In this document: positions 16,107-26,450 of the stretch, in pieces
Layout of the letters: each line of letters opens with the position of its first letter
How positions within the stretch are numbered: position 1 is the first letter of the stretch
Source: Ramazzottius varieornatus
Lineage: Eukaryota > Animalia > Tardigrada
Direction: 5' to 3'
DNA length: 64,000 bases
Assembly (NCBI GenBank): GCA_001949185.1
Contig: BDGG01000004.1
Coordinates: forward strand, 2,443,620-2,507,619
Notes under the pieces: model-generated
What the model was told of the DNA's origin: nothing
What the model saw: the letters and a program-made list of their open reading frames with translations, nothing else
The model's database searches: none
Program-made: the position numbers and the translations under genes

Positions 16107-19100
16107 ATGTTATTCCAGTCTTTGTTTTTAACTCTTCTGGTTAACTACTTTCCGTTGTCTGCCAGCAGTCCCAGACTCCCCACTCGTCATTTATGCTTGA
16201 ACCTCCTGACGGATCTACTACAAAACCCGGTGTCTCTAGTGCAGCTAGACAGCGGTAAACTTTACGTAGCTGAACGCGATGGGAAGATTCAGTTGGTGTC
16301 TATTGGCGATCGCTCAGCCCCGGAAGTAGCCTTAGACCTGTCAGACAAAGTGCTTTCAAAAGGTGAACAAACTTCGTCGAACTTTCACATAACCATAGAG
16401 CTGGATCGGAATGCGATTGCTATTGAGTCTGAGCACCTATGTTCCATTAGTTCACTCTATAGTTCATGTTACCGGTACCTGGATGGTCATGACGAACCTT
16501 CTAACTTTGACCGTGCGTTTCGCGTTTCAGGCGATCATTTAGGAATTCTTGCCATGACTCTACATCCACGATTCCGTTTCAACGGATTTATATATATCAT
16601 GTACAGGTGCGTGAAGTACAATTAGAAAACACGCCCCAGTTCTTTGCTTATCTAAATTTATATCTAGTTGTTTGTTTTCGCAGCACGGATACAGACGACC
16701 CAGAGTTTCATCACAAACAACTCATAAGTCGGTTTACCCTGGCGTCTTCAAATACTTCTGAGGTCAGCTACAATACAAGTCCTTTGAGAAAACCATCATC
16801 AGCAAAGCAAACCACGTTCGGCAAATGTAAATAATATTAACGTAGCGCAAGGGTCCGTTTGAGCCACAACGAGACTTGTCAAGACAAGGTATAAAACGGG
16901 GAGCCTAGCTGAGTCTACAAAGTTAATGAAGGTGTCGAGATAATGCATGGCAAATGGATGGTCAACATGTTTCAATTACTGTACGTTAAAACAAGTGCTG
17001 GATATGTCGGTTCATGCTTCGAAACTCTTTCAAAGGGCTCGAGTTTTTCGACTTTTGGGAAAGGGTAGTTTGTCCGCCGCGTTCGCATTCACGGAGACCC
17101 AATATCCGATGAGTAACTCGATACGGGCTGAGACTGATATCTTTGAATATTATCCGAGCTCGATAGAGGCACTGAAATGGGGATTATACTGAGAGGATTA
17201 GCCAACTATTCGGGGTTTAGTCGAAGAGGCCGGGAAAACGGGGATACACGTGGCGCGCAAGAATGGCTTGACAAGTTGCTGTAATGCCCGCAGTCTATAG
17301 ACAGTGGCTATAGTCGGCAAGTGCAAGTAGAAATCTCAAGTACTTTTTGGGCTGAATAAAATCGAAGCTGCCCCACTTCAGTCGGCCTAATGAATCTAAC
17401 AAATATGGTCAAAGTGTGTCCTATTCTGGACGCGGAAACGATTGTAAATCAACGCTTGTAACATGTCCCTGTTTGGCCCCGCTGTTCAACTGCAAACTGC
17501 AAACATACCGATTACCGTAATTGAGCTTAAGAGCGCCACATTACTTCCGCCCACAGTGAAGACCCAAAAGAAGCAAAAGTACAAGTAAAATAACAAGCTT
17601 GTAGTAAGTTCCCGGCTTTCTTCCATTTTGAATAGGATCTTGTTACGTGAATGAAGAAAACCGTCTGTATTAACTACTCCCCAAAAATAGTCTCCATTAC
17701 TGGCTTGTATCGGGGTTCGTGCTTGTAAACACTTGAACCGTCTTCCGATATCGCCGATTTCCCATGATGTCAAAAACAGTCAGCCGAAGTTTGATCCGAA
17801 AGTTTATCGTCATGTCTGAAGAACCCGCCTTTTATGCACTCTTCCGGCGGGAAACTAAACTATTGGTGAGCTCGTTTCAGCATCGTAATTAAAAATAAAA
17901 AGTAGCCTATAGAAAATGTCACTTTTAATGCCGCGAGTACCGGAGACCCAATTGAATTACCGGTGGTAGTAATTTCCTGTGCCGCAATTTTGCTTCTGTG
18001 TTGTAGATCGACAAATACAGTGAATCGATTATTCTGGAAATTTATCAATCAGCGCCTACGGGAGGACAAATCTGGTTCGGATTAGAGGATCACGTCCTTT
18101 ATGCAGCCGTAAGTACCAAGATCCCATATTTTACCCTTGCATCGTGCAAACCAATTTCACAGTCTGGTCGCCAGGATTTGGTTGACGTTTTTGTACGAAA
18201 CGTAAAGTCCAACATAATATAGAGCATGAAGTGAATTACAGTAGTATGCCAAGCGTGTTTCGAATTTCATAGGTCGGAGACGGAAGTAGAGCGCGTAGAC
18301 GGCGTTTCGATCGCGGCTCGCACAATGGGAAGATACTACGGATCAACGTGGATGTGGATCCAAAAATCGATGGAAACGTGCCTTACAAAATTCCAGCAGA
18401 CAATCCTTTTGCTCATCAGCCTTCGACCTTACTTCCGGGTACTGCGAGAGCAGTTTATCATCAGAAAATCATGCGGATCTATGTTCCTGAACATTTTGAC
18501 AATATTTCAGAAGTTTATGCGTATGGCCTGCAAAACCCTTGGCGATGTTCGGAGGAGCAAAGAGAGACCAAAAAAGGCAAGTTTAGCGTTTCAAAGTAGA
18601 ACAGACTTTGCCGTTCGCTCTTGTACTCAATGAGAATTTGCTCGCGAGTCAAAACCCACCAAGATATCCGTATGTATCAAAACCTGCCGGCAGCGTGAAC
18701 GTGCGGCAACGTAATATAGTTTTCGGGTTTGGCGGCTACTTGCTATAAAAGGCAATTAAAATGCAAATTGTGTGAGAACAAGAACAAACTTTTTCATTGC
18801 TCCAAATGACATCCAGCGTGACAACTGGTGCGATTAAACAGGCATCTCCTCTTGTGCAGGGATCACGCAGACACGAACCATATGCGTCGACGTGGGAGCC
18901 AAATTTTCTGACTTCAACATTATCCAAAAAGTAAGAGGGAACCCGAATATCATTAATAGAGCCCGACATCTATTCACACGTCAACAAGCACAGAAAACGA
19001 ATTTACGTTTTAGGGAGGCATGTTTGGATGGATCGACGAGGCTTTTTCTCCTTGCCACGATCTTGACAGTTGCCGCAACGCCTCCAGTAAGTCTTTTGGA

Positions 19101-19730
19101 GTGGACGAATCTTTCACGATTCTCGGAAAACCGCTAAACTAAGTTTGACTGATTCCTTGTTTTTCCGTTCGTTACTTTCAGAGCTCAAATCCGAGTTCAA
19201 GCTACCCATCTGCCGGTACTCTGGTATTGCGGTTGGGGGAGTTTTTTACCAGTCCTGGAACGTCTATCTTTTTGCCGACTACATGAGAGGGTTAGTAGTC
19301 CTTCTTATTCTCTAATTGGATTTGCAACCGCCTCGAAAAGAACGCATGTCGTTACGCGTCGTTAAACCCTCATCCTTTTAGATCCCTACACTACTTGAGA
19401 GCCACCCACTCAGGAAACGCATGGTTGCGTGGATCGGTAGAGATATTAAACAACGACACTTGCGGTGCCAATCAGCGAACCCTGACCCATCAAACGGTCC
19501 TCAATCTTCAGCAGACATCCGACAAAGATCTCTACATACTGACAGTCTCTTCTGATAATATTGATGAGGAACCCAACGGGCACTTGTATAAGATCGCCCT
19601 CCCAAAGCCTGCTTCGTTAGTAAGATCGGCTAACGGTGCAGCTGACCCAAAAAGTGCATTTAGCTTCCGGTGGTCTTTTTATTTTTGTTTTATATACAGT
19701 TTGATTTTGCTTTGCTACAGAAAAGTTTAG
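16107..19730 (+). CDS. HHIP-like secreted/GPI-type beta-propeller protein (glucose/sorbosone dehydrogenase fold), multi-exon
   Basis: Signal peptide MLFQSLFLTLLVNYFPLSAS; LCL..LQNPV..LYVAERDGKI; GILAMTLHPRFRFNGFIYIMY; GGQIWFG..VGDG; GKILRINVD..YKIPADNPF; EVYAYGLQNPWRCS; CVDVG; YLFADYM; GHLYKI; hydrophobic C-terminal tail. The model requires a GC-AG intron at 18577-18859. Confidence 0.85.
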
Positions 19731-20006
19731 ATCTTTTGCCATTCCACACAACATATTAAACGTTTCTTCCTAGCCTACCGTCTGTGAGCTAGCAGCGCAT
19801 GACTGCAGTGCAAGCCTATTGACCAAATTCCAGGCACTCACATAGATTTATAAAAATGCAAGAAAAGGGTTCCGAGACTCTTCCCATGCAGTAGCCATTG
19901 TACAGCCACATACTGTAGAACTCGAAATTGAGCCACTTACGATCACGGCAGCGGCTCCTCTAGGTGCGAAGTCGATCTGACTCGTTCGACCTCAAAGCTT
20001 CCTTCT

Positions 20007-21446
20007 TCACCGAGCTGGAAAACAAAAACGCACACATCTGGTATATAAGGTCCTGTTAGTGCAAGAACAAAAGGAAATGGATTCTTACTGCTCATGCCAC
20101 CCAGCTGTTGAATGATGTAATCACTCAAGTTCGCCGTTCTAGGAGGAGGCGCACCATCGCCGTAGTCATCTCCGCCAGAACCACCTCTTCTTCGTCCACG
20201 ACCCCTGCCTCCTCGACCTCCGCGACGTCCACCTCCGCGGCCTCTTCTGATGGGTTCGTCGATACCCGGATCGTTGTTCGGGTTATATCGGACCTCACGT
20301 GTAGCTTCTTTGGGTTTTTCTGGGTTGACGACCAGTTTTCTGGTCACCCCAGGTTCCTCGGCCGACATGTACGAGTTCGTGATCTGCAGGAGTCGTGGAG
20401 GCCGTCTGTCAACTGGTCCGATGGTAAGGACGGGTAGTTGCTCTGCGTTGTCACCGCGGGCGGCTGACACTTCCTGCTGCCGCTGTAGTGCAAACTCCCT
20501 CTGTTTCTCATCCTCTTCTTCCGACTCGTCGTCGTCGTTTCCAGCTTTCTCAGCAGCTTGGTTCACGATGTCCATGGCTTTGAAGTTCAACCCATTGCGG
20601 CTGTATTTGAGAGGAGTTCCGAAGGGTACCCAAGCTGGCCTGTCGTCGACTCGTCCGAGTCTCTTTCCGTGGACGACAACATCCTAAATAAAATTGTAGG
20701 TACTTTCGGCATACAGGACCGACAACCTATTGTAAACTCATGTTGTCTCACAAAGAGAAGATAGTCCTACTCGATGAATTTCCCATGCACGGAGCATGTG
20801 AGCGACAACACCACCGACGATCTTGACATTCTGATTATCCAGAAGCCAAAATCCGCTGGATATCTTGAAAGACCCTGAGATAAAAACTTTGGTTCCGGGA
20901 GGTGTCAGCGGGCTGAAAAAAAGTGTTCGGGTGGTCAGTTATCACAGCATAATCAATATGCCCAAGAAAAGCTACGAGATTTCCGGACCTACCTCAGTTC
21001 CGTTTTAGAGTTTTCCACTGCCGTCACGAACTGCACGCCATCGGTCATTCGAAACCTCAACATACGCTTCCCTCCTTCGCTGAACTGCTTCAGGGATGGC
21101 TGAAGGATGTTGGTGATTTCCTCAATCTGCAGAAAGTACTGGACTGCACTGACCTGCAACCGAAAGACATCCTGTAGTAGACGCAGCGATCTGCACACGA
21201 CATAAGGAATTATACAATATCACATCACCACTCACCTGCCTGTCCGACAGTGCGCTCGCGTTAGGCGGTAAACCCGGCAGAGGATCATTCTTAAGATCGT
21301 TCTGCAAGAAAGGGGAACGACCTGCGGTACATCCGGGACAACGGGAGAGTCGGATACGGCGTAAATACGCGACATGCAGCTGAAGAATACCGTAGTCTGA
21401 TACTCACGTTGAGGGATGTTTTCCACGACTGCTGATTGTCCATCAT
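20007..21446 (-). CDS. TDRD3: TDRD3-like protein (RMI1-type OB fold plus RGG region; no Tudor seen), multi-exon
   Basis: Contains FLQIEEITNI..RMLRFRMTDG..TAVE..LSPLTPPGTKV..GFWLL..VGGVVAHM..WE; PAWVPFG; EFALQRQQEV; an RGG tract; PPPRTANLSDYI (compare TDRD3 RPSAPSTLFDFL). The spliced stop TGA is at 20007-20009 (unspliced readthrough stops at 19943). Confidence 0.8.
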
Positions 21447-22197
21447 GTTAGTCCATCTACAGCAGCAACGCTGACGGTGAGATAAACCCAATTAAGTTAC
21501 CTAACACTCAGACGGTCGGACCGACGCGCTAGAAATCAGCAGAACAAAGAATTTACTGTAACTGAGGATTTGGATGTCTGATACGATAACTCTGATTACC
21601 GGGTGGAAGAACACTGCAGCACTGAGTGGAGTGCGACTACCACACCATTGTGGGGCAGCCCACCACAGGAAGCGACAAATCGACGTCACAGCGGGCACCG
21701 CTGGCCTCTCGAGTCTCCACTCTTCCGCGGTCGTTCATATTCTTATACCTTCGTCTCTGCTTTCGGATCTGCCATTATTACTTCCAACGCCCAGGTAAGG
21801 TATAAAATACAATACTGTGTGTCGTTCTGCCTCAACTTTAGAGAACCTTCCTCGTTCAGACAGTTTCACAGCAGCTTAGGCTTAGTCCAATGCATATGCT
21901 CATCCCAGCACCTCAAGCATGCTGGATGTGGGAACACTCCTGTTAGACCAGACAAAGAATCCATGCACCCGGTGAAGTACTCGCAGAAGTAAAAGCTGTG
22001 AAACAGTTTCACGATCGACCAACAACAAAAGCATCTTCCATGGTTCGCTCGGCTTGTGGCCCTCATTCTCGCGATATGAAAGTACTGTACTTCTTTCTCA
22101 TGATGCAGGAAACGCGGTGTTCTTGTTGTCCTGAAGGCTACTTTGTAATGAATCTTCTGAGCAAACGTGCCACCGTCTTACAGCAGCACATTCAAAG

Positions 22198-23550
22198 CTA
22201 CACCACAGAGTAATCGTCGCGACTGAGGACTGCAGGATTCTTGCTGCAAACAAAGCATAAAAAGTTCGATTAAAGCCGCAGTCATAAATACTAGTCCCGG
22301 TACAACTAACAAATTTACCTGTTTGATCTGACCAAGTAAAACTCTTTGCACCTGCAGCTGCCTGCATTTTGAGACAGGTCGACCGCTACTCCAGGTTCGT
22401 TTGCTTTCTCCAAGACATATTCGAAACCCCGCACCGAAGGCCACAGCTTTCTCTTCTTCAAAACTTTATCAAGCACAGCCTGCAGGGCATCCTCCGGTTC
22501 CACTGTAATCTTTGTAAAACTACCTTCCACAAAATTGACCTTGATGACGTCCGCCACGCTGACTTCTTCCTGGGTGGTAGTCTCCATAAATGCCCAGGGA
22601 GAGTTGGAGAACTTATGGACCAGCTGCGTCATTCCGACTTGCATGTCAGGGAAATCTTGATCCAGCTCGCCATTCTCTTCCACCATGCGAAGACGATACT
22701 TATTCGGAGGATGCCGGAGCTTTACTTCCGGGTTGCCTTCTGTCCACTGAAGGCAGATCAACCCAACCAAGTCAGCGAAACAGGCGTCTGCCACGATGGT
22801 TACGTTTATACTCGGTTTCACCAGGTGTTTCTCAAATCCAGGTAGATGCATAAAGATCTTGAAACGGTCCACGGAAGCTGTCTTAGGTAATCCACGTCCG
22901 TCAAACTTGGTGTACTGTTTGAGAAGTAGCTACCGAGAACCCAAAACAGTCGTGACCAGATCTATGGTGTCGCTGGTATGAGGTTACACATACCTGCTGC
23001 TGCAAGTGCGGAGTCATGCGCTCGCTGTTCTCCAGGTCCAAAGTCAATGCGGACTTCCTGCCAACTTCAGCACTCTTTGCAGGTAGCGGAACGGGCACAA
23101 ACTCTTCTTTGCCATCATTTGAGTTCTTCTCAGAGGAGGCCTTATCAGCGGTCCAACGCGTTATTTGTACACGTCCCTTCTCCTCCCGTTCTTTGCGGAC
23201 TTTCTCGAGACGGACAGCCGTATTTGATCTCCGCCGGATACTACGAGTATCTTGATCAATTGTGATATCCGGAGAGTGGGATCGATGTAGCTTCTGGGTA
23301 CTGTCGTCCTCATGAGTGCTTAGAGGTGAGGAAGTGGACGACGTGCCGAAGGAGTTTAAGCTGTCCTCGGGTTCAAGCTCGGAAGCCAGAATGGTTTCGC
23401 ATATACCGGTATCGTCACTGACGATGAACTGATTCCGAATAAACGAGAGAAGCCTAAGGAAGATCCGACGTGTTTGAAATAAGAAGCAGCTGGCCAGATC
23501 ATAGACTCGTAGTCTCGTACTCACCATTTTTTGTCGTCCAGAAACGCCAT
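22198..23550 (-). CDS. MAPKAP1: mTORC2 subunit SIN1/MAPKAP1 (NTD, CRIM, RBD; PH absent), multi-exon
   Basis: MAFLDDKKWLLSFIRNQFIVSDDTGICE (compare [28 protein letters not shown]); IRRRSNTAVRLEK (T86 site); KSALT..LE; YTKFDG; DLVGLICLQW..YRLRMVEENGELDQDFP..HKF; RBD ending AVDL..EFYLVRSNS; last exon KNPAVLSRDDYSVV*. Confidence 0.92.
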
Positions 23551-24107
23551 GAAGAATCAGGCCGGAAGCGCTTCTTCCAGAGTCTGAAATTCGATCATCC
23601 GGAGCCTGCATAAGCGCATTCCCGAGTTGAGAAAGACTGGAGGGCTGGTTGCGTCGGTTGATACACAGAGGCTGACCGGGAGTCATTCAAACCGGAAAAC
23701 GGAAAATTCGAATTTTGAATTTTGTTGTTAGCAAGCTTGCGATAAACGGGTGTCCCTTCATTTGATTGCGTGATCTGGTATTATCCACCAGTAGAGCGCT
23801 CAACTAATCAACGAACTGTATAGGCCTGCGGAATGTGGACTGTCCACAGGCCATTGCCACAGACGCCAGCTCATCAGCTGCCGTCGCCTGCCGATGTTGT
23901 TGTTTCCGGAATCGGAGTTTATTCGGTGTATCGGACGTGGCCCGTTGGAAACTGGATTTGTTGCTCTTCTGCTGACCGTAGTCATGGGATGTCGGAATAC
24001 CTCGGCTTCTGGACAGTGTGACATTCTTTCCGGGAGCATAGCCAGCATTTGAAACGCCAACACCAACTGTATCGCCTCAAGGAGCTCATACGTGTGGATA
24101 AACGGCC

Positions 24108-25778
24108 ATGATCCGCTCGGTCTGGCATATCCTCACTCGGACGCTTCCCAAGATAGTTCTCTGCGGCTTGCTAGTCGTACTCGTGGTAAGTTGAAATACT
24201 GCTTGAGCACCATGAGCTCTGATACCTGACGAACATATCGATAGGGTTTGTCTTACAGGCCGCATTCTTCTTCCTCAAAGGGACAACCAAGCCATTGGTC
24301 CAGATTTTACGTTTTTCTGACGAATATTATTTTTGGGATGAAGCCAAGCGCGCCAAGGAGCGGTTTCCTTCAATCTCTGATCCAGCCACTGTCTCACTGT
24401 CGGTAATAATTCCGGCATACAATGAGGAGAACCGATGTGAGTCTACGAGTATCAAAGAACCCTGGATGCTCTAAAACACGGTTCATACATCTGATCCGTT
24501 TCTGTTTTTGTTCTTTGCAGTGCCAAAAATGCTGGAAGAATGCATCGAATACCTTCACTCGAGGCAGAAGACAAACAGAGATTTTACGTTTGAAATAATC
24601 GTAGTCGACGACGGCAGTCGCGATAAAACTCATGAGGTGTTTTCATCTACCGCTTCCATCATCGAGTTGATTACATTTGGATAAAAGTCAAATTACTTGG
24701 CCTGGAGGTTTGACAATTACCTGCGTGTGCAGCAGTAATCTTGATATCTGTTTCAGGTGGCCATGGGATATTCTGCACGGCTGGGATCCGACTGCTTCCG
24801 GGTACTGAAACTTGCTCAAAACCGTGGCAAAGGGGGCGCCATAAGACTGGTGAGACACGTGCATGTAGTAATTATTTAGAATGGAATTTTGAACCAAAGA
24901 GACTCGGTCCAATCTTCAGGAATGCATTGTTACATAGGGGGTATCGTCTTGTAGAGGCAAGCTCATACTCTTTGCTGATGCTGACGGAGCAAGTAGGTTC
25001 TCAGACCTAGATCATCTGGAAGAAAAGTTGCCTAGTGGGCGGTCAGAGGCCATAGCTGTGGGTTCGCGTGCTCATCTTGAAAGTCGCGCAGTTGCGGAGG
25101 TACTACACACTCTGTTTCTACTTGATACTGTCGAATACCTGAGATTTACTATTTCGGTGTTGTTGTTCTTTGTAGAGATCCATGTTTCGAACGTTTCTGA
25201 TGAGGGGCTTTCACTTTCTCGTCTTCCTTTGCGGCGTCACCGACATCAAAGACACGCAGTGCGGTTTCAAGCTCTTCACTCGACCCGCAGCTAAAATGTG
25301 CTTCTGTAATATGCATGTTGAGAGATGGTAAGATCTGGAGTAGGAACAATATTTCTGCATCGCTTACTTCGTTGGTGATTCATTTTTTTGCTCTTCATGA
25401 ATCCTTGTATGCATAAACAACACGAGCTCGACTAAGTTCATATATTGGTTTTATGCTTTCAGGGCGTTCGATATTGAGCTACTTTACATTGCGGAGACCT
25501 TCAATATTGATATCCACGAGGTTGCCGTCAACTGGCAAGAGATTGAAGGTGGTTCGTGTTGCAACGGATGCAACATCTGGCGAAAACCTCAGGCATGTTG
25601 GAATTTACTCGGTTTTGTTTTTGCAGGATCGAAAATTATACCGGTGTTCAGCTGGCTTCAGATGGCCATAGACATTTTACGGATACGGATTTTCTATCTT
25701 CTCGCTCTGTGGAAGATGGATAAATCGTCCACAGGGAACTTTCAAGATCCTCGTGCGAAGCAGCACCACAGTGACTGA
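24108..25778 (+). CDS. ALG5: Dolichyl-phosphate beta-glucosyltransferase, multi-exon
   Basis: N-terminal TM segment; [18 protein letters not shown]; [13 protein letters not shown]; [25 protein letters not shown]; [10 protein letters not shown]; [13 protein letters not shown]; [11 protein letters not shown]; [11 protein letters not shown]. Confidence 0.95.
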
Positions 25779-26450
25779 TAGTGTCACCGTCGAATGTTGC
25801 ATGCTTTTCACGCCAGTTAACAGGAAGCAAATGTGGCCTTTTTTTTCTTTTCAGGTTAAGTTTACGTTAAGTTTACAGAGCAGTCAAAAGTACTAACGCT
25901 GACAGAGTATTTGAGGTATATCTGCCTCACCATTTCATTCCGTTGTATCCGGAGGAATTGAGAATTCTGGTTCGACCGCCTTTCTGCTCACCAAAAACTG
26001 GGCGCGTGACACCATCGATTTGTTCTTTGCAAATTCAGACGAGGTTCGAACGTAGTAAAGCGAGTTTACGAATAATGTAAGGAAACCACCTGCAGTCTAC
26101 TCTCATTATTTTTTAACAAATTGCGGACTACAAACAGGGAAATAAGAACAAAAGTTACCCTCAGTTCAAAGAGACTCGATACCATTTACTCATTTGAAAT
26201 CAGAAGAAACGCTAGTTCTCGAACATCGTCCAACCTGAGGCACTCACGGACCGTGGCGAAGAATAATTTAGTGGAAGCTAATAAAGAAGGCCCCGAACAT
26301 ACCGGTCAAGGGAAAGACGGTAAAACTGGAAGAGTTAACGAAAAGGCTCAAACCGGAAATACGATGTTCTCCAACATCAAATACGGATACTGATGCGGGA
26401 ACAGCTAGACTTTATCACTGAGACAAAAGGCACTTAGGATACGGCGCGTA

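Noticed and set aside
23701-23725. Heat-shock element in the SIN1/ALG5 promoter
   Set aside because: GAAaaTTC is followed directly by GAA without the 2-nt spacing, so it does not form three correctly phased nGAAn units.
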